Assembly: GCF_004010195.1 (NCBI RefSeq)
Contig: NC_057746.1
Coordinates: forward strand, 18,101,666 to 18,165,665
Reading direction: 5' to 3'
Origin: Chiloscyllium plagiosum
Lineage: Eukaryota
Length of the DNA stretch: 64,000 bases
Part shown: one piece after another, positions 36,268 through 49,721 of the stretch
Layout of the letters: each line of letters opens with the position of its first letter
Numbering within the stretch: the first letter of the stretch is position 1
The notes under the pieces: generated by a model
What the model was told of the DNA's origin: nothing
Database searches by the model: none
Seen by the model: only the letters and a program-made list of their open reading frames with translations
Position numbers and translations under genes: made by a program

Positions 36268-37364
36268 CTTCCAAATAAACCTGTTGGATTATAACCTGGT
36301 GTTGTGTGATTTTTAACTTTGTATTCAAGGTTAGCACTCTCACCGCTGAGTCACTGTCATTCTCAGCTGTCCCCACAGTGCACTGCTGATGGAGGGCTAT
36401 ATTGTTAGAGCTGCCCATCTTTTGATGCGGAGTGTAACAATACTATTTGAATGCAAAAGATCATATGGTGTTTTCTCCACCAAGATGGCTCAGTGGTTAG
36501 CATTGCTACCTGGCAGAGCCAGGGACCCCGGTTCGATTCCAGCCTCAGGCAACTATCTGCGTGGAGTTTGCACATTCTCCCCGTGTCTTCGTGGGTTTCC
36601 TCTCACAGTCCAAAGATGTGCAGGTTAGGGTGGAGTGGCCATGGGAAATTATCCCATAATATCCATGAATACGCAGGCTAGTTAGCCGTGGGAAGTGTAT
36701 GGTTATAGCAACAGGGCAGGGGGAGTTGGTTGCTCTTTGGAGGGTCAGTGCAGACTCAATGGGCCTGTATATACATTGTGGGGATTCTAAGGAGCATGGT
36801 GTTCTCTGTGGTTATCTTTGGGTTAAAACAAAAGGGAATGTCTGACTATTGTACATTGCTGCCTGTGGGAGCTTGCTATGTTAATTTGGGATGCTGTAAG
36901 CCCTACACTGTTACAGTGGGGCCATTGGTGGCAAAGTGCATTGTGTCATCCACAGGTTGTGAAAGGTACAGAAGCAAGTCTCCCTTTCCCAAAAACATTT
37001 GACTTCTGTTCAAATTCAAACATGGCTACTTTACCCAAAGCAACACACAGACAATCTCAACCGCCACGTCAAATGGGGGTGGTGAGGGCGGGCTACCAGT
37101 GGGGTGTCGGGGGAAGGGATATGGAGAGGGACAAGCAGATGGGAATGAGTGTGGAAGAGGAATGAGATGGACGGACAGCAGGGAAGATGAGGAGGACATT
37201 GACAGGCAGGAGGTAAGAAATGCTGGTGGGAGGAGAGGGGAGTTAGAAATCATAAAAGAAAGCCATTTGTTACTTTAAAATCCAACTGTGAACACGAGCT
37301 TACCCTGGCAACGCCAAAATTTAACGCGCAGTCTGTCTTGTTTTTCGGAATGTAGAACAGAATC

Positions 37365-37705
37365 ATACAATCCCTAAAGTGTGGAAACAGGCCCTTCGGC
37401 CTAACATGTCCACACTGACCCTCCGAAGAGTATCCCACTCAGACCCATTCCCCTACCCAATTACTCTACATTTCCCATGACTAATGCACATAACCGACAT
37501 ATCCCTGAACAGTATGGGCAATTTAGCATGGCCAATTCACCTGACCAGTCTTTGGACTGTGGGAGAAAACTGGTGCACTCCGAGGAAACCCACACAGACA
37601 CGGGGAGAATGTGCAAACTGCACGCAGACAGTTACCCAAATCTGGAATCGAACCCGGGTCCCTGGCGTGATGGGGCAGCAGTGCTGACCAGTGAGCCACC
37701 ATGTG
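37365..37705 (-). mobile_element. HE1-type V-SINE
   Basis: Reverse head and tail motifs. Confidence 0.82.
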
Positions 37706-39429
37706 GCCCTATGTAGTGCTAAGCTGACTTCCTGGGCTGTTGTAGAGAGTGGGGACACCCACAGTGGCGTTAGGGAGGGAATTCCAGGATTTTGATTCAG
37801 CCACACTGAAGGGAATGGAGATCCGGCTCCAAGTGAGGTGAGTGGCTCAAAGGGGAACTTGCAAAATGGTGGTGTTCTAATGTAGCCAAGGCTGTTGTCC
37901 TTCTGAATGACTGTGGATTGGAAAGGTGCTGTCTAAGGATGGGGCAGGATCACCGCGGAGCGTTTAAGGAGACAGAGATCCTTTCACCTCCCTTTTGTGA
38001 TAATTTGTATTTTCAGATGGAAAGGTTTTTTTTCTCTCTCTCTCTCTCCTAAACATCATCTTCAAAAGCAAACAAACACAGAAAGTGTTATAAACATTAT
38101 GTTTCTCCCTCACTGACAGTGAAATCAGTGGTGACATCAGCGTCATCTTATTCACAAATCTCCACACTGGGAAGAAATGCTAGCACAAATGTCTTTAACA
38201 AACAGTTCAAGGTAAAAACTCTCACAGTTCCGGTATGTAGTCTTCATTCCAAGTGTGTGGAGCAGGGACTGACCTGTAACCAAACGTCGCAGACAGCCTT
38301 AAAATCTCTGACTGTGACGCTGTACGGCATCTTTCGAGGGATGGGATTAGTTATCTTTGCGTGACGCACAGGAACAGAAATTGCTGGAGAGACTCAGGAA
38401 GTCTGCCTGGTAGCATCTGTGCAGAGAGAGAGAGACAGAGATTAACATTTCAAGTCCAGCGACCCTAGTTCAGAATGTTCTGAAGCAGACTCATATCAGA
38501 CTGGAAACATTAACTGTTTTACAGATGCTACCGGACAGAGTTGCTGAGTCTCTCCAGCACTTTCTGTGTTTTTTTGCTTCAGATCTCCAGCACCCGCAGC
38601 CTTTTGACTGATTTCTGTTAAGTCTGGGTTTCTGGCTAAAGTTAACCACTTTGGTACAATCCTTGCAACTAACACCAATGTACAATCATGGTGGTTTTAT
38701 TTCCCCTCTCTGGCTCAGTGAGTCCCTCCCCCTACATCTTTTTACACCAGTCACATCTCCTTTCAGTCAATTCAAACCCTTGTTTCAGAAGTTGCCAGCT
38801 CAGAGGTCAACAGGCGAAATCGAGCGCTACTGTTGCTTCGGTGAACCTTAAACCTCATCAGATCTCCTGGTCTGAGTCATCCCTGTACCGAGTGCAGTCA
38901 TTCCACCAGGGGTAAGATATCCTTACAATATGAGTGTGTTCAGTAGAAGTTTAATCTCAAGCCATTTCTAGTCAAACAGTGCAGTATTGATTTGTGTCTA
39001 CTGTATGTTGCCTGTTTTGGTTTCCTATTTCACTCCCTCTGTGTGCACACCAGTCTATTTTAAGCATGGTTCAACTCTATCGTACCCACATTTGCATTTC
39101 TTAATCTAACTCAATCTTCCCTGAAGAGTCCCATTTCCCCTGCGACCTCAGCCTTTCCCTCCAACACCCTGCTGAATGTTAGAAACCCGTCCATTTTTAC
39201 CGTTCCTCCAATGACATCCAGGCTTTTAAATCAAGCTCAGTATTCAATGGACTTGGTTGTTTTAAACTTTTTCTCCAAGTCTCTCCTTGGGCATGGCATT
39301 TTCATCCTGAGGTCTTCACTAGGAAGGTTGATGTTGGGAGAGCAAGGGAAAGGGGAGCTGAGTGTTGTGGGTTGTGTGATTTTTAACTTTGCCCACCCCA
39401 GTCCAACACCGGGACCTCCACATCATATA

Positions 39430-40180
39430 TATTTAATGGTAAGGTCCTGAGGCGTGTTACTGAGCAAAGAGACCTTAGAGTGCAGGTTCAGAGTTCCTTG
39501 AAAGTGGAGTCACAGGTAGATAAGATAGTGAAGAAGGCATTTGGTATGCTTTCTTTTATTGGTCAGAGTATTGAGTACAGGAGTTGGGAGGTCATGTTGC
39601 GGCTGTACAGGATGCTGGTTAGGCCACTGTTGGAATATTGCGTACAATTCTGGTCTCCTTCCTATCAGAAGGATGCTGTGAAACTTGAAAGGGTTCAGAA
39701 AGGATTTACAAGGATGTTGCCAGGGTTGGAAAGTTTGAATTATAAGGAGAGGCTGAACAGGCTGGGGCTGTTTGCCCTTGAGAGTTGGAGGCTGAGGGGT
39801 GACTTATAGATGTTTATAAAATCATGAGGGGCATGGATAGGGTAAATAGATACAGTCTTGTACCTGGGGTCGGGGAGTCCAGAACTAGAGGGCCTAGTTT
39901 CAGGATGAGAGGGGAAAGAGTTAAAAGGGACCTAAGGGGCAACCTTTTCACACAGAGGATGGTATGTGTATGGAATGAGCTGCCAGAGGAAGTGGTGGAG
40001 GCTGATACAATTACAGCATTTAAAAGGCATCTGGGCAGGTATATGAATAGGAAGAGCTGAGGGGGATATGGGCCAAGTGCTGGCAAATGGGACTGGATTA
40101 GGTTGGGATATCTGGTCAGCATAGATGTATTGGACTGAAAGGTCTGTTTCTGTGCTGTACATCTCTGTGACGCTATGACA
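39430..40180 (+). mobile_element. CR1/HER1-type LINE 3' fragment
   Basis: VKKAFGMLSFIGQSIEYRSWEVMLRLYRMLVRPLLEYCVQFWSP... Confidence 0.9.
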
Positions 40181-40704
40181 CTATAGCAAGTAAATGGAGT
40201 TGCGATATAGACCAAATGTGGTTGAGGTGACTAAGTGACTGAATAGACTCCTTTTGTACCCATGACCCCCATCCCTCGCCAGTTTTGAATCATAAAACCA
40301 AGATGTCTAATGGAACAGTTGGTGGGCCTTTGAATTATTAACTTAATAATAACTCAATTCACTTATGTTCTCAATTCTATAACCAGCCACCCATGTAGTT
40401 TAAGAAACTGGGAAAATTGACATTAATCTTGGACTGTGATGAACACCATTTAAATGATCCAACCGCATGCTCAAAAAGGACTATTGTACGTGATATTCGG
40501 GAGGTAATTTTCATTCAATTAGCCCACAGCCATCTCACGAGATTGCTTGGAGAGTCATTATTTTATAGATATGTCATGGTTGTACAGGTGTACAGAACAG
40601 GAAAAGGTCCTTTGGCCCATCTGTGGGTCTGTGCCAGTCAAAAACTACCACTTGGCTTTCTAATCCCATTTTTCAAGTGCGAAATGGCCCATACGACGTC
40701 ATCA

Positions 40705-41085
40705 TCATAGAGTCATAGAGATGTACAGCACCAAAACAGACCAACTTGTCCATGCTGACCAGATATCCTAAATTAATCTAATCCCATTTACCAGCACTTG
40801 ACCCATATCTCCCTAAACCCTTCCTGCTCATATACCCATCCAGATGCCTTTTAAATGCTGTAAATGTACCAGCCTCCACCACTTCCTCTGGCAGCTCATT
40901 CCATCCAAGCACCACCCTCTGGGTGAAAATGTTATCCTTTAGGTGCCTTTTATATCCTTCCCCATTCACCATAAACCTACACCCTCTAGTTCTGGACTCC
41001 CTTACCCCAGGGGGAAAAGACCTTGTCTGTTTATCCTATCCATGCCCCTCATGATTTTTCAATCTGTCAGGTTACCCCTCAGCCT
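40705..41085 (-). mobile_element. CR1/HER1-type LINE 3' fragment
   Basis: Reverse 3' tail and WNELPEEVVEAGT...FKRHLDGYM. Confidence 0.82.
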
Positions 41086-41994
41086 GTGTTGGACACTCCA
41101 ACGGAAATTTTCATTGGGGTGGGGATTGAAACACAAAGTGTATATTTTCAACCCCCTCCAAAACAATTGGCTTCTTGATAACTTCAGTTCAAACATGTTG
41201 TGAAGAGCTCATCGATTAATGTGGCACTGGCTTTGTGACTGTGAAGAAGAAGGAAGAGGAAGTGGGAGTCGAGACTAACAGAATGCGAAACAGAGAGAAA
41301 TATTAAAGCAGAAAGGGTCGATTAAAAAGAGAATGAGAGACAGAGGAACGGTGTTCCCGAAGATAGGGGGCTCCAGAATGAGGGAATGGGTCTAAGGATA
41401 TGGGGCAAAGCGTCTCGGACTGAGACAAGGAGCAATATCTTCACTCAGAGAGTGGGGAGCCTGTGGATGTCACTATCACAGAGCGCTGCTTAGACAAAAA
41501 TATTGTGCAATTTCAAGAAAGGGTTAGAAAGCTTAAAGGGTTCAGAGAGTGTGAGAGAAAGCAGGAACGGGTGACAGAGTTGGTGGTGATGGCCTTGAAT
41601 GGTGGCGTAAGGGCCACCAAAGGGTCAAATGGCCCCACCCTGCTCCTGGTTTCTCTGTTTCTATGAGAGCCTGAAGTCTTTGATGATTGAAAGAGTCGAA
41701 AACAAAAACAAGAAGTGCTGGAGAAACTCAGCATGTCTGGCTGCATCTGTGGAGAGAGAGGGAGCGAGAAAGCAGATTCAATGTCTCGGGTCCAATGACC
41801 CATCTTCAGAACTGATGGTGGCTGGGAAAAGGTTGGTAATTATTCAGAAGATGGGGAGGGGAGAAGGAGTAAGTGATAGATGGAGATAGACCCAAAACAG
41901 AGAGAGAGAAAACAGGTGAGCAGACAAAGGAGTGGGTGAAGTCGAGTATGGGGCAATGAATAGGTGCTAATGAGGGTTGTTAGTCAACGGGCAA

Positions 41995-42305
41995 TTAGAT
42001 TCCCTACAGTACGGAAACAGGCCCTTTGGCCCACCAAGTCCACACCGACCCTCCGAAGAGTAACTCACCCAGACTCATTCCCCTACGTTTACCCCTGACT
42101 AAAGTACCTAACACTATGGGCAATTTAGCATGTCCAATCTACCCTGACCTGCACATCTTTGGACTGTGGGAGGAAACCAGAGCACCCGGAGGAAATCCAC
42201 ACAGACACAGGGAGAACGTGCAAACTCCAAACAGACAGTCGCCCAACATGGGAATCGAACCTGGGTCCCTGGCACTGTGAGGCAGCATTGTTAACCACTG
42301 AGCCC
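41995..42305 (-). mobile_element. HE1-type V-SINE
   Basis: Reverse head cactgtgaggcagcattgttaaccactgagcc. Confidence 0.85.
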
Positions 42306-42430
42306 CTGAATGGTTGCAGCCCACGGGATGATTAGGGCTCGTGTGTGGGGGTTCGGGTAAGGACATGGGAGGTGTTGCTCAGGCCCTAAAACTATTGAAA
42401 CTTAATATTAAGTCCAAAGGGTTGCCAAGT

Positions 42431-42456
42431 GGAAAGTGAAGAGTCGCTGATTGGCC
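42431..42456 (+). promoter_or_regulatory. IRF-like site and inverted CCAAT (Y-box) upstream of the third TRIM
   Basis: GGAAAGTGAA (42431-42440) and CTGATTGGCC (42447-42456), 60-80 bp before the ATG. Confidence 0.35.
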
Positions 42457-42512
42457 ACGTTCCCTTGGATGTTGGGTGGGAGCGGACGGAGCTCCCCGGT
42501 CTGGGTCACGCC

Positions 42513-42674
42513 ATGTCGTCGTGGGTGTTGGCGGAGGGCCTGACCAGCGAGGTGACCTGCCCGATCTGCCTGAACCTGTACCAGGACCCGGTCAGGCTGG
42601 AGTGCGAGCACAACTTCTGCCGGGTGTGCATCGCCAATGCCTGGGGGCAGCTGGAGTCCGGTTTCCGGTGCCCC
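42513..42674 (+). CDS. Third TRIM-family gene, start of RING exon (cut by gap)
   Basis: Kozak cgccATG; MSSWVLAEGLTSEVTCPICLNLYQDPVRLECEHNFCRVCIANAWGQLESGFRCP; GC-rich codon usage. Confidence 0.85.
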
Positions 42675-43174
42675 NNNNNNNNNNNNNNNNNNNNNNNNNN
42701 NNNNNNNNNNNNNNNNNNNNNNNNNNNNNNNNNNNNNNNNNNNNNNNNNNNNNNNNNNNNNNNNNNNNNNNNNNNNNNNNNNNNNNNNNNNNNNNNNNNN
42801 NNNNNNNNNNNNNNNNNNNNNNNNNNNNNNNNNNNNNNNNNNNNNNNNNNNNNNNNNNNNNNNNNNNNNNNNNNNNNNNNNNNNNNNNNNNNNNNNNNNN
42901 NNNNNNNNNNNNNNNNNNNNNNNNNNNNNNNNNNNNNNNNNNNNNNNNNNNNNNNNNNNNNNNNNNNNNNNNNNNNNNNNNNNNNNNNNNNNNNNNNNNN
43001 NNNNNNNNNNNNNNNNNNNNNNNNNNNNNNNNNNNNNNNNNNNNNNNNNNNNNNNNNNNNNNNNNNNNNNNNNNNNNNNNNNNNNNNNNNNNNNNNNNNN
43101 NNNNNNNNNNNNNNNNNNNNNNNNNNNNNNNNNNNNNNNNNNNNNNNNNNNNNNNNNNNNNNNNNNNNNNNNNN
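42675..43174. other. Assembly gap, exactly 500 N (placeholder)
   Basis: Run of N; TRIM exon on the left, DDR1 intron on the right. Confidence 0.97.
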
Positions 43175-45100
43175 ACTGACCCACAGTGCACCACACACTG
43201 TCTCCCTATCACACTGACCCACAGTGCACCACACACTGTCTCACCGTCACACTGACCCACAGTGCACCACACACTTTCTCACCGTCACACTGACCCACAG
43301 TGCTCCACACACTGTCTCCCTGTCACACTAACCCACAGTGCTCCACACACTGTCTCCCCATCACACTGACCCACAGTGCTCCACACACTGTCTCCCTATC
43401 ACACTGACCCACAGTGCACCACACACTGCCTCCCCATCACACCGACCCACAGTGCTCCACACACTGTCTCCCCATCACACTGACCCACAGTGCACCACAC
43501 TGTCTCACCATCACACTGACCCACAGTGCTCCACACACTGTCCCACCGTCACACTGACCCACAGTGCTCCACATACTGTCTCACCATCACACTGACCCAC
43601 AGTGCTCCACATACTGTCTCACCGTCACACTGACCCACAGTGCTCCACATACTGTCTCACCCTCACACTGACCCACAGTGCTCCACACACTGTCTCCCCG
43701 TCACACTGACCCACAGTGCTCCACACACTGTCTCACCGTCACACTGACCCACAGTGCACCACACACTGTCTGCCCATCACACTGACACACAGTGCACCAC
43801 ACACTGTCTCACCATCACTGACACACAGTGCACCACATACTGTCTCACCATCACACTGACCCACAGTGCACCACACACTGTCTCCCTATCACACTGACAC
43901 ACAGTGCTCCACACACTGTCCCACCGTCACACTGACCCACAGTGTTCCACACACTGACTCACCGTCACACTGACCCACAGTGCTCCACACACTGTCTCCC
44001 TATCACACTGACCCACAGTGCACCACATACTGTCTCACCATCACACTGACCCACAGTGCTCCACACACTGTCTCACCGTCACACTGACCCACAGTGCTCC
44101 ACACACTGTCTCACCGTCACACTGACCCGCAGTGCTCCACACACTGTCTCACCGTCACACTGACCCACAGTGCTCCACACACTGTCTCACCGTCACACTG
44201 ACCCACAGTTCACCACACACTGTCTCCCCATCACACTGACCCACAGTGCTCCACACACTGTCTCACCGTCACACTGACCCACAGTTCACCACACACTGTC
44301 TGCCCATCACATTGACACACAGTGCTCCACACACTGTCTCACCGTCACACTGACCCACAGTGCACCACACACTGTCTCACCATCACTGACACACAGTGCA
44401 CCACATACTGTCTCACCATCACACTGACCCACAGTGCACCACATACTGTCTCACCATCACACTGACCCACAGTGTTCCACATACTGTCTCACCATCACAC
44501 TGACCAACAGTGTTCCACACACTGTCTCACCATCACACTGACCCACAGTGCTCCACACGCTGTCTCATTGTCACTGACCCACAGTGCTCCACACACTGTC
44601 TCCCCGTCACACTGACCCACAGTGCTCCACACGCTGTCTCATTGTCACTGACCCACAGTGTTCCACACACTGTCTCCCCGTCACACTGACCCACAGTGCT
44701 CCACTCACTGTTTCCCCGTCACACTGTCCCACAGTGCTCCACTCACTGTCTCCTCGTCACACTGACCCACAGTGTTCCACACACAGTCTCCCCGTCACAC
44801 TGACCCACAGTGTTCCACACACTGTCTCACCGTCACACTGACCCACAGTGCTGCACACACTGTCTCCCCATCACACTGACCCACAGTGCCCCACACACTG
44901 CCCATCACATTGACCCACAGTGCCCCACACACTGTCTGCCTATCACACTGACCCACAGTGCCCCACACAGTCTGCCCATCACATTGACCCACAGTGCCCC
45001 ACACACTGCCTATCACACTGACCCACAGTGCCCCACACAGTCTGCCCATCACATTGACCCACAGTGCCCCACACACTGTCTCACTGTCACATTGACCCAT
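43175..45100. repeat. Minisatellite, ~38-bp unit (cacactgacccacagtgctccacacactgtctcaccgt), roughly 50 copies
   Basis: Direct inspection; 34-38-bp variants. Confidence 0.95.
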
Positions 45101-45235
45101 GCAAATCTACACGTGTAACTACACCACATGGACTGCAAGTAGCCAAAAGGGCAACTCGCCACCCTCTTGTTCCGGGCTATTGGGGAATGGCCATACTTTC
45201 TGGCCTCACCAGCTGCATCCAGGCTGTTCAGAGGT

Positions 45236-45525
45236 TGGCGACACGGTGGCTCAGTGGTTAGCACTGCTGCCTCACAGCACCAGGGACCTGGGTTTGATTC
45301 CCGCCTTGGACAACTGTCTGTGTGGAGTTTGCACGTTCTCCCCATGTCCTTTGGGTGCTCTGGTTTCCTCCCACAGTCCAAAGATGTGCAGGTTACATGG
45401 ATTGACTGTTGGAAATGCAGGGTTACAGGGGTCGGATAATGGGGGTTGGTCTGGGTAGGATGCTGTCAGTGGGCTTCCGATGGGCTGAAAGGCCTGCTTC
45501 CACTCTTGTAGGGATTCTATGATCC
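45236..45525 (+). mobile_element. HE1-type V-SINE
   Basis: cacggtggctcagtggttagcactgctgcctcacag head. Confidence 0.85.
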
Positions 45526-45733
45526 CGTTAACCTTTTTCTTAATAAAAAGGGCTCACTGTCCATCATAATGTAACTAGTTTCGCTGCCTCTACAAAGGCC
45601 TACAATACAGAAACCCGAAATGTACACTGTGCTGGGCCTAGCAGCTTTTGACACAACGTCTCGGCAGTTCAGTTTGACCGCATTCTGTACCAAGAATGAA
45701 GTTCACCGTCTCCGTTCTCTTCCTGTCCCTCAG

Positions 45734-45968
45734 TTACCCCAGTCTGGTGCACCTGGCCAGTCAGATCGCCTCAGGAATGAAGTACTTAGCCTCCATGAAC
45801 TTTGTGCACCGTGACCTGGCCACCCGCAACTGCCTGGTCGGTGAGAACTACACCATCAAGATCGCCGACTTCGGCATGAGCCGCAACTTGTACGCCGGGG
45901 ATTACTACAGGATCCAGGGCCGTGCGGTGCTCCCCATCCGCTGGATGGCCTGGGAGAGCATCCTGCTG
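45734..45968 (+). CDS. DDR1: Discoidin domain receptor 1, kinase exon (catalytic and activation loops)
   Basis: ccctcag|TTACCCC...CTG|GTTAGT; 235 bp; [66 protein letters not shown]; LYAG and MAWE are DDR1-type as recalled. Confidence 0.9.
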
Positions 45969-46494
45969 GTTAGTGGCCAACGCGATTGACGGAACCCCAC
46001 CCTGCGTTTCCCCAGCGTTCGGTCCGCGGTGTGGAGCGGTAGGGGGCAGGGGCGACGCACTTACTTATCGTGCCCCCCTGTAAAACAGACCCTATCCGTT
46101 GCGATCCATTGGCAGAATGCGTCAGCCTCCATCTTAGCAGAAGTTCGAAGCCATTCGGGCGAGAGGTGGAGTGAAGGGGAAGGAAAATCGGATTGAGAGG
46201 GAGAACAAAAAGGGACCCCGAAAGCAAACAGAGTAAGAGAAAGATTAAAATGGAAAATTGCCCTCTCATTGCACCTTTGCAATGACAAAGAAGAGGTTAA
46301 AATGTCCCTTTTGCATTGCATTAACAGTATTCACATCACTGAAACAAAATGTCCGCACGCTAGTTAATGCCAGACATAACTTTAACATTTGTCAGAAGGA
46401 TACCAGAAAGTTTGTTTTATGTCTAAACTGGGATGCAAGTTTTCAAATAGGCGACACCAGTTCACACAAGGAGGGGTGCTGATTGGTTAGAGAA

Positions 46495-47380
46495 TCATAA
46501 AGTCATACAGCACAGAAACTGACCAAACAGTTCATGCTGACCATAATCCCAAGCTAAACTAGCCCCACCTGCCTGCTCCTGGCCCCTATCCCTCCAAACC
46601 TTTCCTGTTATGTACTCACCTAATTGTCTTCTAAACATTTTAATCGTACCCACATCCACCACTTCCTCTGGAAGTTCATTCCACAAGTGTTTAAAAAAAA
46701 GAGTTGCCCCTCATGTCTTTTTTAATCTTTCTCCCCTCACCTTAGAAACTTTCCCCCTCGTCTTGAAATTGCCTCACCCTTGGAAAAAGACAGCTGCCAT
46801 TCACCTTATCTATACCCCTCATTATTTTGTAAACCTGATCCTATAACCAGAACTGGACACAGTATTCCAGAAGAGGTCTCATCCTGTACAACCTCAACAT
46901 GACATCCCAACTCCTGAACTCAAAGGGCTGAGCAATGAAGGCAAACATGCTGAACACCTTCTTAACCGCCCTGTCTACATGTGACACAAACTTCAAAGAG
47001 TTATGAACCTGAACCATAACCAGAACTGGACACAGTATTCCAGAAGAGGTCTCACCAACATCCTGTACAACCTCAACATGACATCCCAACTCCTGAACTC
47101 AAAGGGCTGAGCAATGAAGGCAAACGTGCTGAACACCTTCTTAACCGCCCTGTCTACATGTGACACAAACTTCAAAGAGTTATGAACCTGAACCTCTCGG
47201 TGTTTCTTTTCCGCGACACTACCGATCTTAATTGGGTAAGTCCTGCCTTTGTTGTTTTACCAAACCTCGCATTTATCCAAATTAAATTCCACCTGCCACG
47301 CCTCAGCCCATTGACCCAATTGAGCAAGATTTCTTTGTAACCTTAGATGACCTCCTTTGCTGGCCTCTATACCACCAGGA
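46495..47380 (-). mobile_element. CR1-type LINE fragment with internal ~175-bp tandem duplication (~46843-47192)
   Basis: FVSHVDRAVKKVFS.FAFIAQPFEFRSWDVMLRLYR occurs twice. Confidence 0.8.
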
Positions 47381-47465
47381 GGTGCAAGGCTGTCAATATG
47401 GTCACTCAGGTTGCATTTGTGATTTCCCTTCTCCCCATCCCCCACCCCCCCACACCCCGCTGCAG

Positions 47466-47615
47466 GGAAAGTTCACCACTGGCAGCGACGTCTGGGCCTT
47501 CGGTGTCACCTTGTGGGAGATCCTGATGCTGTGCAAGGAGCAGCCTTACTACCACCTCACGGACGAGCTGGTCATCGAGAACGCTGGCGAGTTCTTCCGG
47601 GAGCAAGGCAAGCAG
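47466..47615 (+). CDS. DDR1: DDR1 penultimate exon
   Basis: ctgcag|GGAAAG...CAG|GTAACG; 150 bp; [50 protein letters not shown]. Confidence 0.92.
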
Positions 47616-48604
47616 GTAACGGAGAAGCCAAGAAGGGGTGGGGGGGGGGGGGGGGGTGGTGGGGGGGGGGGGAGGGCAAGCCCACCCAGTCGCGTAGAAT
47701 TTACGACCTGTGCCTCCCCTCCTCTCACCCAACTTCACCCCACCTTAACAAAGTGTTCATCACAAAGGGAGTGGAATATAAAAGTAGGGAGGTGCTGCTG
47801 AAACTGTACAAGGAGCTAATTAGAACATACAAGGGTTGTGGACCAGGCCAGACCCCCTCAAACTATTTTTAAGGTGGTAACCTAGATCCTAACTTGTCCT
47901 TTGTTTTAAAAGCAGATGTGCAGTGGGTGTCCCAGATGTGACGCAGCTGGTCAATCCACTCGGCTTTAAGTGAAACAGACTTTATTTAGACACCAGAGTT
48001 ACAGAGTCATAGAGACATACAGCATGGAAACAGACCCTTCGGTCCTACCCATCCATGCTGACCAGATATCATAACCCAATCTAGTCCCACCTGCCAGCAC
48101 CCGGCCCATATCCCTCCAAACCCTTCCTATTCATATACCCATCCAAATGCCTCTTAAATGTTGGGATTTAGAGTAACCTAACTATTGGAACACTTAACCA
48201 ACCAGATACAGCAACTTAACTAAAGAACTGTTCCAATCTAGCAATGTCCCTTAAACATGCCCCATAAGGGTAAATTGAAACACAAATTGGAGCAACTTTC
48301 AGAGAGATTTCAGGGAGAAAAGCCAGTCAGGAATCATCTGCTGAAGCTTGGAACGTTTCCTGGACTCCAGCATCTTGTGACTGCCACAGCTAAAACCAAA
48401 TTAGACAAAACCTGAACTGGGAGATCTGGCCACTCCCCAGGCATTGTTAAATTGGACACATCGTCACCTCTGCCTTTACAACCTCTCTTGGAAATAAAAG
48501 GACAAAATAACCTTTTTTAAAGGTGACAGCATCATCACAATACCTAGAACTTTGTGAGCAGTTTTGATCCTTAACAAAGGACAGACATACTGGCCCTGTG
48601 GGGA

Positions 48605-48865
48605 GGAGATGGCCTAGTGGTACTATCACTGGCCTTTTAAGTCAGAGACCCAGGTTCAAATCCTGCCACGGCAGATGGTGGAATTTGAATTCAGTAAAAA
48701 TCTGGAATTAATGATGACCATGAGCCGATTGTTGGGGGAAACCCCATCTGGTTCACTAATGCCCTTTTGGGAAGGAAACTGCTGTCCTTACTTGATCTGG
48801 CCTACACGTGACTCCAGACCCACAGCAATGTGGTTGACTCTTAACTGCCCCCTGGGATGGGCCAA
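48605..48865 (+). mobile_element. Second tRNA-derived SINE family copy
   Basis: ggcctagtggtact...cccaggttcaaatcc...gtggaatttgaattc...ccatctggttcactaat...gtgactccagacccacagcaatgtggttgactc; related copies at ~27210-27410 and ~57280-58005. Confidence 0.55.
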
Positions 48866-49721
48866 GCCATCAGCCCATGAATGAAGATAGGTTCCAGAGC
48901 AGGTCCACTCAGTTGATCAGAGGGATGGAGGGACTGGCTTAGTCAGTTGGGTCTGTACTCATTGGGCTTGAAAAGAATAGGACCTTCTCATAGAAACATA
49001 CCAGATTCTTCAGCAGGGGTGATGCAGAGAGATTGTGGTAGAGTCTAGGACCAGAGGACCACCCTCTACCATCTCATCTACAAAAGTGGCCCAGCGGGTA
49101 TTGGACACCTACCTGTCTTTGGGACGGGATTGTCTGGGGGTTGGGGGTCAGGGGAGCTTGGGGATTGGAAAGGCTAGAGGAAAATGTAGGTCAGCTCTTG
49201 GCCTACCAAAGATGACTCCGTCTCTGTGGGGGTGGGATTGCATCCCCCAACTTCCTCTTGCAGCTCGAATGTTCAAAGGCCGAGGAAATAAATGTGTGAG
49301 TGGGCCATTCGGCCCCTCTAGCCTGCTGCAACTGAATGGCGGCATGTCTTTGTGCGTTAACTACCATCTATACTGTCCGCTGAAATGGCCCCAGGCTGGT
49401 GCGAGAGGCAGTTGGGCATGGGCAACTCAGAGAATGAAGAAGATAAAAAAGGATTCACTTTTCCCTGACCCCCCCCCCCGATTTGAGGATGGGCTTAACC
49501 GCAGAATTCTAACGGAGACAGAAGGAGACCGTTTAACCACCACGTTCCTGCACCGGTTCTGTTCTCCAGTGCCAATCTGCTACCCTTTTCCCACATCCTT
49601 TTCCCAGCCATTTCCATCCAAGTAACCAGCTGACAGCCTCCCCTCCTCCTTTGAATGGCTCATTTGAACGTGCCTCCCCCCACATTTCCAGGCAGAGCGT
49701 TCCATACCCTAACCACTCTAG

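Noticed and set aside
37299-37312. RFX X-box-like CTTACCCTGGCAAC
   Set aside because: Isolated motif with no properly spaced Y or S box and no nearby gene start.
43175-45100. CRISPR-like or functional RSS array
   Set aside because: Eukaryotic DNA; contiguous units without unique spacers; no nonamer and no V/J segments.
49035-49625. 196-aa ORF in the last DDR1 intron
   Set aside because: Mosaic of decayed repeats; no recognisable protein features.
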